IMG/VR virus record: IMGVR_UViG_3300022862_000009
Span: 1-43,603 of that record
From: a virus
Taxonomy: Duplodnaviria > Caudoviricetes
Length of the DNA: 43,603 bases
Strand: one strand, 5' to 3'
Part shown: positions 33,106 to 42,711 of the stretch, in pieces
Numbering within the stretch: the stretch's first letter is position 1
How the letters are laid out: each line of letters starts with the position of its first letter
The notes under the pieces: model-generated
Seen by the model: only the letters and a program-made list of their open reading frames with translations
Told to the model about the DNA's origin: nothing
Databases searched by the model: none
Translations under genes and position numbers: made by a program

Positions 33106-36100
33106 ATGTCCAAGACCGCAACAGCGCCTGCTGCAAAGCACCGGCGCCGGACTGCTGCTGCCCGAGTTTTGGGTTCCAAAGGTGGCGAGTCTAAGCCCTA
33201 CACTCCATACAAAGCCCCCGATAGTGCGCTGTCAGTCGCTACAGTAAAGCTGCTCTATGCGTTGAGTGAGGGGCCAATTGTCGGCCCGGTTGATGGCCTG
33301 CGGTCGATCAAGCTGAACGGCACGCCGCTGATCTCCCCGGACGGAAGTGAAAACTTTCCTGGCACCATCTGGGATTTCCGGTCTGGCACCGTTGACCAGG
33401 AGCATATTGCCGGCTTTCCGGCCATCGAAAATGAGGCGTCCCAAGGCCTGCCGGTTGAGTTGAAGTCGGACAACGCCTGGACGCACGCGATCACCGACCA
33501 GCAGTTGTCTGCCGTGCGAATCCGCTTGTCGTGGCCGCAAATCTGGCAGGTGAAAACTAACGGCGACCAAATCGGTTACCGCATCGACTACGCCATTGAC
33601 CTGTCGGTTGACGGCGGCAGCTATCAGACTGTTCTGTCGGCCACCCTGAATGACAAAGGCACCACCGAGTACGAGCGAACCCACCGGATTGATTTGCCAG
33701 AGGGCTTCACTAGCGCGCTAGTGCGCGTGCGTCGTCTGACCCCAAACCGCAACGACTCCAACTTCGCGGACCTGATGCGTATCAAGGGCCTGACGGAAGT
33801 CATCGACAAAAAGCTGCGCTACCCGAACCTTGCGCTGGGCGGCCTGCGGTTCGACGCCAAGCAGTTCCAGGACACGCCGAAGTTTGCCGGCCTGATGCGC
33901 GGCCGCATCGTGCAGGTGCCGACTAACTACGACCCACAGACACGCACCTACACCGGCGATTGGAACGGCACCTTCAAGCTGGCCTACACCAACAACCCGG
34001 TTTGGATCTGGCGTGACCTGCTGCTGCACCGCCGTTACGGTCTTGGCCGCCGCATCACCGCTGACATGGTTGATCACTGGACGTTGTACGAGATTGGCCG
34101 CTACTGCGATGTGATGGTGCCGGACGGGAAGGGCGGCCTGCAGCCCCGCATGACGACCAACGTCTACATCCAGGATTCGATCGAGGGCTACGCGCTCCTT
34201 TCAGACCTAGCCAGCGTTTTCCGTGGTAGCAGCTGCTGGAACGGCTCGCAGGTCACAATGGTGGCAGACATCCCCGGCAACGAGGACGGTTACGTCTTCA
34301 CAAGATCGAACATTATCGGGGAGTTTGAATACGTCGCCGCCGCGTTTCCTGATCGGCACACCCGCGCCAAGGTGGCCTGGGACAACCCCGAAAACGAGTT
34401 CAAGACCCAGCCTGCGCCGGTTACCAATGACGACCTAATCGGCGTGCTCGGCCACCGCATGCTCGATATCTCGCGGTTCGGCTGCACCGTTGAGGGCGAG
34501 GCAATCCGCCATGGTATATGGGCTCTGAAGTCCGAGCAGTACGAAGAGTGGTCCGTCAGCTTCACCACTGGCATGGAGGGTCGAAACGTAGAGCCAGGGC
34601 AGATCATCTGCGTGGCTGACGAACTGTTCTCTGGCCGCGCGAATGGCGGGCGCATCAGCGCTGCGACCAAGCGCGTGATCACTTTGGACATTGATGCCGA
34701 GGTGCATGAGGAGGATCGATTGATCCTCAATTTGCCGAGCGGTAAGTCTGAGGGCCGCATCGTAAAATCGGTATCGGGCCGCTTGGTCACCGTGATGGCC
34801 GACTATTCGGAGTTGCCTGAGCCTGAGTGCAGTTGGTCCGTGGAAAGCGCTGACCTGGCTGTGATGCGCTTCCGAGTCCAGACTATCGAGCCGCAAGGCT
34901 TGCACCAGTTCAAGATTGCTGCAACGCAGCATGAACCCATGAAGTACCAGGCGATCGACACCGGCGCTCGGATTGACCCTCAACCTACGAGCGTCATCCC
35001 GCCAGGGGTTATGTCTCCGCCGGAAAACATCACGCTTGAGTCGCGCAGCGTTGTTTCGCAAGGGATTGCGGTTACTGGGATGCGGATCACTTGGGATTCC
35101 GTGCCGGGCGCTATCGCTTACAACGTGGAATGGCGCAAGGACAGTGGCAACTGGGTGCGGTTGCCGCGTACCGGGAATCTTGGGGCAGACGTGGAGGGTA
35201 TCTACAGCGGGCGCTATGTCGCTCGCGTCAGTTCTGTCAATGCAATGGACGTGGCCTCGATCTGGGGAGCCAGTCCTGAGGTCGCGCTTACCGGTAAGGT
35301 AGGGCTGCCGCCGGCGGTAGCCTTCCTGACCACCACCAGTGAGCTGTTCGGCATCGGCATCAAGTGGGGCTTCCCTGCTGGCGCCGAGGATACCCAGCGC
35401 ACCGAGCTGTGGTATGGCCCAGCGAACGACCTGGGATCGGCGACCAAGCTGGCCGACCTGGCTTACCCGCAGGCCGACTACCGGATGCAGTCGCTTCTGG
35501 CGGGCGCAACCTTGTTCTTCTGGGCGCGCCTGGTGGACCGGACCGGCAACATCGGGCCGTTCTATCCGGTGGTAGGCGGGGTGATGGGCCAGGCCAGCTC
35601 GGACGCCGGGCCGATCCTTGGCATGCTTGCCGGTAAGATCAGTAAAACCGAGCTCGGCCAAGACCTCCTCAGTGAGCTGGATGGGCTGCAGGACCAGATC
35701 GACGACTTGGATGCACTCGGCGGCTACGTGCCTACCCAGGTTTACCTGAAAGGCCAGATGGTGGTGGAGGCGGACCGCATCTACCAAGCCAAAGTGAATG
35801 TCCCGGTCAGCAACCCACCGCCGAACACCACTTACTGGCTGGACGTTGGTCAATCGGTCGAGACGGCCAATGGACTGGCGCAGCAGGTGGCGACTAACAC
35901 CGCGGACATCACAGAGCTCGATGGCGTTGTCACGGCCCAGGCCAGCACTACCAATGCGCTGCGTGCGTCCGCACGCGACGACAGCGGCAGCGGGGCAAAG
36001 GCTGATGCTCTTAAGGGGTGGGCCAGCACCGCTGCGATCGTCGAAGAGAGCAAAGTCCGAGCTACCGCCATTGAAGCGGAGGCTAGCAAGACCACGCAAC

Positions 36101-36609
36101 TGCAAGCCACGGTCGGTCAGAACACCTCGGCAATTCAAGAGACCTCTTCGGCTCTGGCCAACACCAACGGGCAACTGCAGACGCTGTGGTCGGTGAAAAT
36201 GGAAACCACGGCTGGCGGCCAGAAGTACGCCGCATCGTTCGGCCTGGGCCTGCAGGTTGACCCGTCCGGTGTTTCTTCGCAGTTCGTCGTAAGGGCTGAC
36301 ACGTTCATGCTGCTGAACCTGGCAAACGGTACGCCTGTGTCGCCGTTTTCTGTTACTGGGGGGCAGACCTTTATCAGGTCGGCCTTCTTGGAGGATGGCT
36401 CAATCACCAACGCCAAGATCGGCAACTACATCCAGTCGAACAACTACGTGGCAGGCATTAGCGGCTGGAAGCTCTTCTTCGATGGGACCTTTGAAATCAA
36501 TAGCGCTTTGGGTGCTGGGCAGGCACGGCAGGTAATCAACAACGCCGGCGGCAAGGTATTCGACGAAAACGGCTATAAGCGTTACCAGTGGGGGGATCTG
36601 TCCGCATGA
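33106..36609 (+). CDS. Central tail tip / host specificity protein J
   Basis: LSEGPIVG, KLRYPN, YTNNPVW, FN3-like repeats, C-terminal FIRSAFLEDGSITNAKIG. Confidence 0.96.
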   Translation: MSKTATAPAAKHRRRTAAARVLGSKGGESKPYTPYKAPDSALSVATVKLLYALSEGPIVGPVDGLRSIKLNGTPLISPDGSENFPGTIWDFRSGTVDQEHIAGFPAIENEASQGLPVELKSDNAWTHAITDQQLSAVRIRLSWPQIWQVKTNGDQIGYRIDYAIDLSVDGGSYQTVLSATLNDKGTTEYERTHRIDLPEGFTSALVRVRRLTPNRNDSNFADLMRIKGLTEVIDKKLRYPNLALGGLRFDAKQFQDTPKFAGLMRGRIVQVPTNYDPQTRTYTGDWNGTFKLAYTNNPVWIWRDLLLHRRYGLGRRITADMVDHWTLYEIGRYCDVMVPDGKGGLQPRMTTNVYIQDSIEGYALLSDLASVFRGSSCWNGSQVTMVADIPGNEDGYVFTRSNIIGEFEYVAAAFPDRHTRAKVAWDNPENEFKTQPAPVTNDDLIGVLGHRMLDISRFGCTVEGEAIRHGIWALKSEQYEEWSVSFTTGMEGRNVEPGQIICVADELFSGRANGGRISAATKRVITLDIDAEVHEEDRLILNLPSGKSEGRIVKSVSGRLVTVMADYSELPEPECSWSVESADLAVMRFRVQTIEPQGLHQFKIAATQHEPMKYQAIDTGARIDPQPTSVIPPGVMSPPENITLESRSVVSQGIAVTGMRITWDSVPGAIAYNVEWRKDSGNWVRLPRTGNLGADVEGIYSGRYVARVSSVNAMDVASIWGASPEVALTGKVGLPPAVAFLTTTSELFGIGIKWGFPAGAEDTQRTELWYGPANDLGSATKLADLAYPQADYRMQSLLAGATLFFWARLVDRTGNIGPFYPVVGGVMGQASSDAGPILGMLAGKISKTELGQDLLSELDGLQDQIDDLDALGGYVPTQVYLKGQMVVEADRIYQAKVNVPVSNPPPNTTYWLDVGQSVETANGLAQQVATNTADITELDGVVTAQASTTNALRASARDDSGSGAKADALKGWASTAAIVEESKVRATAIEAEASKTTQLQATVGQNTSAIQETSSALANTNGQLQTLWSVKMETTAGGQKYAASFGLGLQVDPSGVSSQFVVRADTFMLLNLANGTPVSPFSVTGGQTFIRSAFLEDGSITNAKIGNYIQSNNYVAGISGWKLFFDGTFEINSALGAGQARQVINNAGGKVFDENGYKRYQWGDLSA

Positions 36610-36953
36610 GCTATGGAGCGAGAGTTTGGGGGCCGACCGGCCTCCTGGAACTTGATGAGAACTCGTTTAGTGTCAGGGTTATTTACTCGGCGTTGGTAAC
36701 AAGGCCCGCAGGGACCAACTACATCGACATAGCGGTGCCCGGATGTAGTCCAAGCACGTGTAACGCTGTATCAGTTCCTGTATCCCCATACCCCGCCGAC
36801 CCAAGCGCCCAGGATCTGTATGCAATACAACAAGAGCCAGAGGTTCTAAATGGTGCTGTTCGGGTCTGGTTTATAAATCGGATGATTCAAGGCAGCGCTT
36901 CCCCAGCACCTGCACTTGCCACGCAGCGAGTGATGGTGATGAGGTATAAGTAA
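36606..36953 (+). CDS. Tail tip accessory protein
   Basis: ATGA coupling with J; MSYGARVWG beta-rich protein. Confidence 0.8.
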   Translation: MSYGARVWGPTGLLELDENSFSVRVIYSALVTRPAGTNYIDIAVPGCSPSTCNAVSVPVSPYPADPSAQDLYAIQQEPEVLNGAVRVWFINRMIQGSASPAPALATQRVMVMRYK

Positions 36954-37582
36954 TGGCTTACGGGATGCAATTCACAAATAACAATGACACTGTCGTTTTG
37001 GATTCTGAGTTGTCCCGGCTTGTAGTAATACATAAAGGTGACTATTCCGGGGCAGTCAATTTCCCGACTCCAATTACGACCCAGGAACCGCCGTTAGTCT
37101 TCATAAGGCCGAATAGCTCTTTCACACTTAGCTATGCCAGGATTAACGGTAGCGCCGGTAATTGGACTGGTTTCTCATTCTCTGGCGGAGGTGCAGGGAA
37201 GTATTTTGCTGCGGCCTTCCAATCAACGCCAACGGCTAAGTATGGCTTTCGACTGTGGGATGGCTCCGGGAAACTGCTATTTGATAGCGGCACGCCCTGT
37301 GCCCAATTCACCAGAACAATTTCATCATGGACTTTTATAGGCTCAAACCAAACTGGCCAGGGAACCACACAGGTCAACTTTACGGCTGCGTCCCCTCTGA
37401 ATTCCGGTGACTACATGATGATTAATAACATAGGCATGGATGTCAGTGCGGCGAGCACCAGATCTGCAAAGCTTTACTGTACATGGGACTACGCGAATAA
37501 CAGAATCGTCATGTTTACTGTTGGAGTTACGAACTACACGTACTTTTTTGTGCCTGTTGTTTTCGCCAAGCCAATAATTTAG
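36953..37582 (+). CDS. Tail tip accessory protein
   Basis: MAYGMQFTN...YGFRLWDGSGKLLFDS pattern typical of genes following J. Confidence 0.8.
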   Translation: MAYGMQFTNNNDTVVLDSELSRLVVIHKGDYSGAVNFPTPITTQEPPLVFIRPNSSFTLSYARINGSAGNWTGFSFSGGGAGKYFAAAFQSTPTAKYGFRLWDGSGKLLFDSGTPCAQFTRTISSWTFIGSNQTGQGTTQVNFTAASPLNSGDYMMINNIGMDVSAASTRSAKLYCTWDYANNRIVMFTVGVTNYTYFFVPVVFAKPII

Positions 37583-37627
37583 CAGTGATGCACCCAGTAA
37601 ATATCGTCAGCCGAATTGGAGAACACT

Positions 37628-38368
37628 ATGGTTTGGCAAAGATCAGGAACAGTTGCTGTACAGAACGGCAGCAGCACAGTCATTGGCACGAACGTGGATT
37701 TCGCTGCGAGCAGCAGGATTGGGGATTCGTTCATTGGTCCTGACGGAGTGAACTATGAGTTGGCCAACGTCGCCAGCTCCACGGTGATCTCCATCCTGCC
37801 AGCATATAAAGGTGCCACAGCAAGCGGCGCTGCCTACGCCATTATGCCTGTGCAGGGATACGACAAAATGTTGTCGGATGCCTTCAACAACCTCAACAAC
37901 CAATTTGGTCCTAAGCTCGCTGCGCTTGGAACAACCGGGAATTACGACATTCTGCCAGTGCTTAAGGGCGGCACTGGCAACACAGTCAGTTTGAAGACTG
38001 GTGCTTACGCGGACCTGGTGGGCTCCGCAAGCTCAGGTGCAATATTTGAAACTGGAACTAACGCGAACGGTAGCTATGTTCGGTTTGCGGACGGAACGCA
38101 AATATGTTTTGGCGTTGTATCCAGATCCTGTGCCGCGACCAATGCATTAGGATCACTGTTTTATGGGTATGCAAATAGCATCACGTTCCCTGCTGGGTTT
38201 GCTGGAGTGCCAGCGTTCAGCTGTCAGTCTTTTAGCGCTGGGGTTATTACATGGGATGGCAGCGGCGGATCAACGGCATCTATCGGAGTTCCACTAATAA
38301 TATCCACCGCGTCCCTTGCTGCCCGAACTTACACCTGTAACTATATAGCCTTGGGTAAATGGAAATGA
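37628..38368 (+). CDS. Short tail fibre / receptor-binding protein
   Basis: N-terminal W.RSGTVAV.NGS..V.GT anchor, LPVLKGGTG motif, C-terminal GTNANGSYVRFADGTQIC...IALGKWK domain. Confidence 0.88.
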   Translation: MVWQRSGTVAVQNGSSTVIGTNVDFAASSRIGDSFIGPDGVNYELANVASSTVISILPAYKGATASGAAYAIMPVQGYDKMLSDAFNNLNNQFGPKLAALGTTGNYDILPVLKGGTGNTVSLKTGAYADLVGSASSGAIFETGTNANGSYVRFADGTQICFGVVSRSCAATNALGSLFYGYANSITFPAGFAGVPAFSCQSFSAGVITWDGSGGSTASIGVPLIISTASLAARTYTCNYIALGKWK

Positions 38369-38691
38369 TCATTAAGCTAGTTTCTACTCGATCAGATGAG
38401 ACTCTTGAAATAATTAAAGCAGGCGATGCACTGACGATTAATGGGCTTTTCCTCGACTTTGGCCCCTTGCCAGATGGAGCAACGCTTCCAGCTCAAGCTG
38501 TAGCGTGCGAATGGATAAACGATCCCGTTGAACGAGTGGATGGTCGTTTGGTGGTCACTATCACGATGCCTGTAGGCCCCGACGCGGGGAGGAACTCTTG
38601 GTATCCAGTTGATATTGTCAACCCTCCGGATGGCCGAGTAGTACTGCCTACTGACTTTGATCCAAAACCTGATAAGGAGATTGTCGAGTGA
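38359..38691 (+). CDS. Tail fibre assembly-associated protein
   Basis: GDALTING..DFGPLPDGATLP..PVERVDG..PPDGRV; coupled to the fibre gene. Confidence 0.8.
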   Translation: MEMIIKLVSTRSDETLEIIKAGDALTINGLFLDFGPLPDGATLPAQAVACEWINDPVERVDGRLVVTITMPVGPDAGRNSWYPVDIVNPPDGRVVLPTDFDPKPDKEIVE

Positions 38692-38921
38692 TTGATTTCA
38701 CCCAGGCGGTTACTGCCGAAAAGAAACGAACGGACGAATACCTTGCAGCGCTGGAAAACGCCCGTGCACAGCGGCGCGCCGCTTATCAGATCGAGTCGGA
38801 CGGACTCCGTCTTGAAATCGCGTACGACGCGCTGCTCAAAGGAAATCAGCCCGACTTTGGTCCGTGGGTAAAGTCAGTAACCGCAATCAAAGAGCGATTC
38901 CCGCTGCCCTTCGCCCCGTAG
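38688..38921 (+). CDS. Small tail fibre assembly-associated protein
   Basis: RRAAYQIESD...W...V.AIKERFPLP. Confidence 0.78.
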   Translation: MIDFTQAVTAEKKRTDEYLAALENARAQRRAAYQIESDGLRLEIAYDALLKGNQPDFGPWVKSVTAIKERFPLPFAP

Positions 38922-38984
38922 TAAAGCGCAATAAGCAGAGCCGAATCCCGCCATGAGCGGGTATTTTTTTGCCTGGAGAAAGCC

Positions 38985-39518
38985 ATGCCGATCACCGAGC
39001 AGCAGTTGCTGCAGATCCTTCCGAACGCCGGCCACCAAGCCGGCGTTTTTGTTCCTGCCCTGAACACGGCCATGAACCGCTATGGCATCGTGGGCATCGC
39101 GCTCGCCGCTGCATTTATCGCCCAGGTTGGGCACGAATCCGGCCAACTGCGCTACGTGCGCGAGATTTGGGGGCCCACTGCGCAGCAACTCACTTACGAA
39201 GGCCGTGCCGATCTGGGAAACAACGTCAAGGGTGACGGCTCGAAGTACCGTGGGCGCGGACTGATCCAGATCACCGGGCGGGCGAATTACGCTGCCTGCG
39301 GCGAGGCACTGGGCCTGGACCTCATCAGCAACCCGGAATTGCTCGAGCTGCCCCGGCACGCGGCGATGTCTGCGGCCTGGTTCTGGTCCACCAAGGGGCT
39401 GAACACGCTGGCGGATCAGGGGGAGTTCACGAAGATCACCCGCCGCATTAATGGTGGTCTCAACGGCCTGGAAGATCGCTTGCAGTTGTGGGAGCGCGCG
39501 AAAAAGGTGCTGGCATGA
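38985..39518 (+). CDS. Endolysin, glycoside hydrolase family 19
   Basis: AAFIAQVGHESG, YRGRGLIQITGRANY, SAAWFW, TRRINGG. Confidence 0.96.
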   Translation: MPITEQQLLQILPNAGHQAGVFVPALNTAMNRYGIVGIALAAAFIAQVGHESGQLRYVREIWGPTAQQLTYEGRADLGNNVKGDGSKYRGRGLIQITGRANYAACGEALGLDLISNPELLELPRHAAMSAAWFWSTKGLNTLADQGEFTKITRRINGGLNGLEDRLQLWERAKKVLA

Positions 39519-40033
39519 CGCCGGTACAAAAGCTGGCCGGTTTGGTGGTGCTGATCCTGGTGCTGATGGCGACCGCCGCCGGCGTCACCTGGCAGGTGCA
39601 GGACTGGCGGATGGGCGAGAAGCTTTCCGAGCAGGCCGGCCTGCACAAGGACGACCTGGCGGCGATCAGCAGTGCCGCCGCCGCCCAGACCAGAACTGAG
39701 CAGGACAAGCGCCTGGCCGCAGAACAGAGAGCGGCCGCCGCAGACCAACAACACTCCCTGGAGCTTTCCAATGAACAACGCAAGCAAGCTGCTCTGCGCG
39801 ATCGCCTCGCCACTGCTGATGTACGGCTGTCAGTCCTTCTCGACGCCACGGATTCAGCCAGTGACTGCAACGTGCCTACCACCCCCGGCGCCGTCGGCGT
39901 GGTTCATGCAGCCCGTCGAGCCCAACTTGACCCAGCGCATGCTCAACGAATTATCGCCATCACCGACGCCGGCGACCAAGGACTGATCGCGTTGAGGGCT
40001 TGCCAGTCGTACGTCAGAACCATTAGGCCCTGA
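39515..40033 (+). CDS. Rz: i-spanin (Rz-like)
   Basis: N-terminal TM, coiled coil, C-terminal GDQGLIALRACQSY. Confidence 0.9.
   Translation: MTPVQKLAGLVVLILVLMATAAGVTWQVQDWRMGEKLSEQAGLHKDDLAAISSAAAAQTRTEQDKRLAAEQRAAAADQQHSLELSNEQRKQAALRDRLATADVRLSVLLDATDSASDCNVPTTPGAVGVVHAARRAQLDPAHAQRIIAITDAGDQGLIALRACQSYVRTIRP
39771..39986 (+). CDS. Rz1: o-spanin lipoprotein (Rz1-like) embedded in Rz in the +1 frame
   Basis: GGAG SD; MNNASKLLCAIASPLLMYGC lipobox; Pro-rich CLPPPAPSAWFM. Confidence 0.85.
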   Translation: MNNASKLLCAIASPLLMYGCQSFSTPRIQPVTATCLPPPAPSAWFMQPVEPNLTQRMLNELSPSPTPATKD

Positions 40034-40100
40034 TCAACACTCCAGATCGCAAAATTAACACGACCCAAAATGAATACTCACCTTGCAAAGGATTGCAAAA

Positions 40101-40895
40101 ATGACAAACCCAATCGTTCCATGGATGGGTGGCAAGCGCCGCCTGGCCGACCGTCTGATTCCTCTATTCCCTCCGCATGAATGCTATGTTGAGGTTTTCG
40201 CTGGCGGCGCGGCGCTCTACTTCATGCGGCCCCAGGCTGCACCAGTTGAAGTCCTCAACGATATCAATGGCGACCTGGTGACGTTGTATCGGGTGGTGCA
40301 AAACCACCTGGAGGAATTCGTGCGCCAGTTCAAATGGGCGCTCAGTTCCAGGCAGGTATTTGAGTGGCAGAAGATGACTCGGCCGGAAACTCTTACCGAT
40401 ATTCAGCGGGCAGCGCGATTTTTCTACCTGCAGCACCATGCCTTTGCCGGGAAGGTCAGCGGCCAGACTTTCGGCACAGCCACAACGGGGCCGGCTATCA
40501 ATCTGTTGCGGATTGAAGAGAACCTTTCCGCAGCCTGGCAGCGCCTTTCTGGAACCTATGTCGAAAACTTGGGATGGCTTGAATGCGCTGAGCGCTACGA
40601 CCGCCCCCACACTTTCCACTATATGGACCCTCCGTACTGGCAGACCGCGGGCTACGGGGTGGACTTTCCGTTCGAAAACTATGAGCGGATGGCCGACTTC
40701 ATGCGCCGCTGCAAAGGCAAGGTCATGGTGAGTATCAACGACCACCCTGATATCCGGCGGGTATTTGAGGGGTTTCACTTTGAAACGCTGGACATCCGCT
40801 ACAGCACCACCAATCAGCGCCAGGGAAAAGCCGAGATCAGCGGCGAGCTTGTGATCATGAATTGGAAACCCTCTGACCTCGGTGGGCTGTTTTAG
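40101..40895 (+). CDS. DNA adenine methyltransferase (D12/Dam class), orphan
   Basis: WMGGK, YVEVFAGG, NDING, YMDPPY. Confidence 0.95.
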   Translation: MTNPIVPWMGGKRRLADRLIPLFPPHECYVEVFAGGAALYFMRPQAAPVEVLNDINGDLVTLYRVVQNHLEEFVRQFKWALSSRQVFEWQKMTRPETLTDIQRAARFFYLQHHAFAGKVSGQTFGTATTGPAINLLRIEENLSAAWQRLSGTYVENLGWLECAERYDRPHTFHYMDPPYWQTAGYGVDFPFENYERMADFMRRCKGKVMVSINDHPDIRRVFEGFHFETLDIRYSTTNQRQGKAEISGELVIMNWKPSDLGGLF

Positions 40896-41572
40896 GGTAC
40901 AGGCTGTATCAGGTGGGGCCCCTTGTTCCGGACGTTACCCACGGCCGTATCGACCTTGAACCATTCGAAGGCCTCGGCTGGCTCGCCCTGGTGCAGCACC
41001 ATCTGCTCGGCGCGCTCCTTGGGCGTGGTCGGGTCCAACCATTCCAGGGCTAGATCGGGTGTAAGCACCACGGGCCGCCGATCGTGGATGTCCACCATGC
41101 CGCCGGCGCTGTCGGCGGTAATGATGACGAAGCCGTCATGCTCACCTGGGCCTTCATCAGCATCCGGTAGCTGACCGATTGCGGCACAGAATATAGGTTC
41201 ACCATCCCGCCGGCGGATCAGGTAGGGCTGCTTCTTTGCCCCGCCTTCATCCACCCATTCAAACCAATTATCGATTGGCGTGATCGCCCGGTGCGGCCAG
41301 ATAGCCCGGAAGAACGGGCCGTGGGCGACTTTCTCCACGCGTGCATTGATTGGTGCCGCACGATCTTTCGCCCAGTGCGGTCGCCAACCCCAGCGAACGG
41401 GATCCGCATGGAGCATGTCCCCCTGCATGTGCAGCAGCGCAACTGCGGTTGTCGGTGCAACGTTGTAGCGCTCAATTGGCTGATCTCCCACGGAGTTAGC
41501 CAGGGCATTGGGCATGCTCAAAGCCGCAACAAAATCGTGGATTCCTCGATACTGTGAAAGCCTTCCACACAT
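40892..41572 (-). CDS. SRAP/YedK SOS response-associated peptidase (abasic-site protection)
   Basis: N-terminal MCGR, YNVAPT, INARVE, FEW, HDRRPV. Confidence 0.95.
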   Translation of the reverse strand: MCGRLSQYRGIHDFVAALSMPNALANSVGDQPIERYNVAPTTAVALLHMQGDMLHADPVRWGWRPHWAKDRAAPINARVEKVAHGPFFRAIWPHRAITPIDNWFEWVDEGGAKKQPYLIRRRDGEPIFCAAIGQLPDADEGPGEHDGFVIITADSAGGMVDIHDRRPVVLTPDLALEWLDPTTPKERAEQMVLHQGEPAEAFEWFKVDTAVGNVRNKGPHLIQPVP

Positions 41573-41599
41573 GATCTTCCCTCCCGCCGTCATTTCAGC

Positions 41600-41959
41600 C
41601 TAGCTTGCGCTGGAGGATTGAGCTTGACGAATCTCGCCCAGCAATCGTTGATTTTCCCTGAGCAGGTGGTCTCGCTGGCTGGTAATGAGATCGATGGGGC
41701 GAAAGCTTCCGTTGTCAGAAGGCTCATTGCTCATCGCCGCAATTTGATCAAGGGCCCTTCTTAGCGCAGCCTCCGCCGAAGCCTTGCCAGTGGCGAGCAG
41801 GTCATTCATCTGCACCAAGCCGGCCACATTGGCCCGGGCCTTTCGCAGCATCGCCTCGGTTTGGATGAGCTCGTCCTCGAGCAGGGCGCACTGGTGTTGG
41901 TACATTTCCAGAGGCGTAGGGCAGCCAAGCCACGCCGAGGTGTCTTCGTCAATGTTCAT
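41600..41959 (-). CDS. Coiled-coil hypothetical protein, first gene of the SOS-controlled operon
   Basis: MNIDEDTSAWLGCPTPLEMY...; lies between the LexA box and SRAP. Confidence 0.75.
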   Translation of the reverse strand: MNIDEDTSAWLGCPTPLEMYQHQCALLEDELIQTEAMLRKARANVAGLVQMNDLLATGKASAEAALRRALDQIAAMSNEPSDNGSFRPIDLITSQRDHLLRENQRLLGEIRQAQSSSAS

Positions 41960-41977
41960 GATGGGTAAGCTCAAATG

Positions 41978-41993
41978 CTGTATGCGCATACAG
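41978..41993. promoter_or_regulatory. LexA (SOS) box
   Basis: Perfect palindrome CTGTATGCGCATACAG upstream of the SRAP operon. Confidence 0.9.
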
Positions 41994-42073
41994 TAAGCGA
42001 GGCTCTAAAGATTTGGGAGTGGTGTTCGTCGGCAGGACGCCGGGGAGGGAAGCACTGTAGGAATATCCAACGC

Positions 42074-42187
42074 TAAGTTATTGATTCTTATAGAGCCTTT
42101 TGCCTGTTTTGGAAGCACAGAAAAGAGGTGTGTTTTTCTTATACATCAGATACTTGCATCAGTTTCGTGGTCACCTTGACATGGTGG
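42074..42187 (+). other. Relic attachment site: IHF site plus a tRNA-Val(GAC) anticodon-arm fragment
   Basis: TAAGTTATTGATT (reverse complement matches WATCAANNNNTTR) at 42074-42086; CACCTTGACATGGTGG at 42172-42187. Confidence 0.7.
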
Positions 42188-42219
42188 TGCGCAAAGGCGG
42201 GTATGTAACCTCCGAAATC

Positions 42220-42711
42220 CTAAGAGGTCACTAGGTTAGGCGTTACAAAGACCCATGCCGCATAAGTGAAGAAACACATGCCAGTGCAGAAGCAAGCAAA
42301 TCCAATCAGGCCGGTTCCCCACATCCAAACATCCCACCAGCCAGATGTTTCAGATGACTGTTGGCCTGAGTCTATCTGTCGGCTGTTGAGCTGGCCGAAC
42401 CTATAGTCTCTACCCAGCATCAATAGAAGGGTGAATCCAATCAGCACCATGGCCGCAGTCAAACTCACCCATGCTCCCCTGACTGGATAGATGACCTCGG
42501 CGGGCAGCGCGACTCCTGCCGAAAAAAATCCTGCACAGACCGCCAACGCGCCACCACTGACCAGGAAAAACATTTTGACAATGTCCTGGGCTCGCTCCGT
42601 GATTTTCTCTTGAGACGCATTGTGCTCTTCGACCAGCAGATTATGTTGATCGACATCCATTTCGGGCTTTGACACCTTGTCATCCTTTGCACTGATGGGG
42701 GGAGTGTACAA
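42220..42711 (-). CDS. Three-TM membrane protein, terminal cargo gene (start uncertain)
   Basis: Three hydrophobic segments after an N-terminal helix; lies between the two att-like sites. Confidence 0.75.
   Translation of the reverse strand: MYTPPISAKDDKVSKPEMDVDQHNLLVEEHNASQEKITERAQDIVKMFFLVSGGALAVCAGFFSAGVALPAEVIYPVRGAWVSLTAAMVLIGFTLLLMLGRDYRFGQLNSRQIDSGQQSSETSGWWDVWMWGTGLIGFACFCTGMCFFTYAAWVFVTPNLVTS

Noticed and set aside
34435-36174. 579-aa minus-strand ORF
   Set aside because: Antisense shadow of gpJ with no recognisable domain
36606-38921. Tail-fibre shufflon or diversity-generating retroelement
   Set aside because: No inverted alternative fibre cassettes, adjacent invertase, reverse transcriptase or TR/VR repeat pair seen
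40083-40895. Complete restriction-modification system
   Set aside because: No adjacent endonuclease; the VRR-NUC and HNH genes sit in their usual replication and packaging contexts
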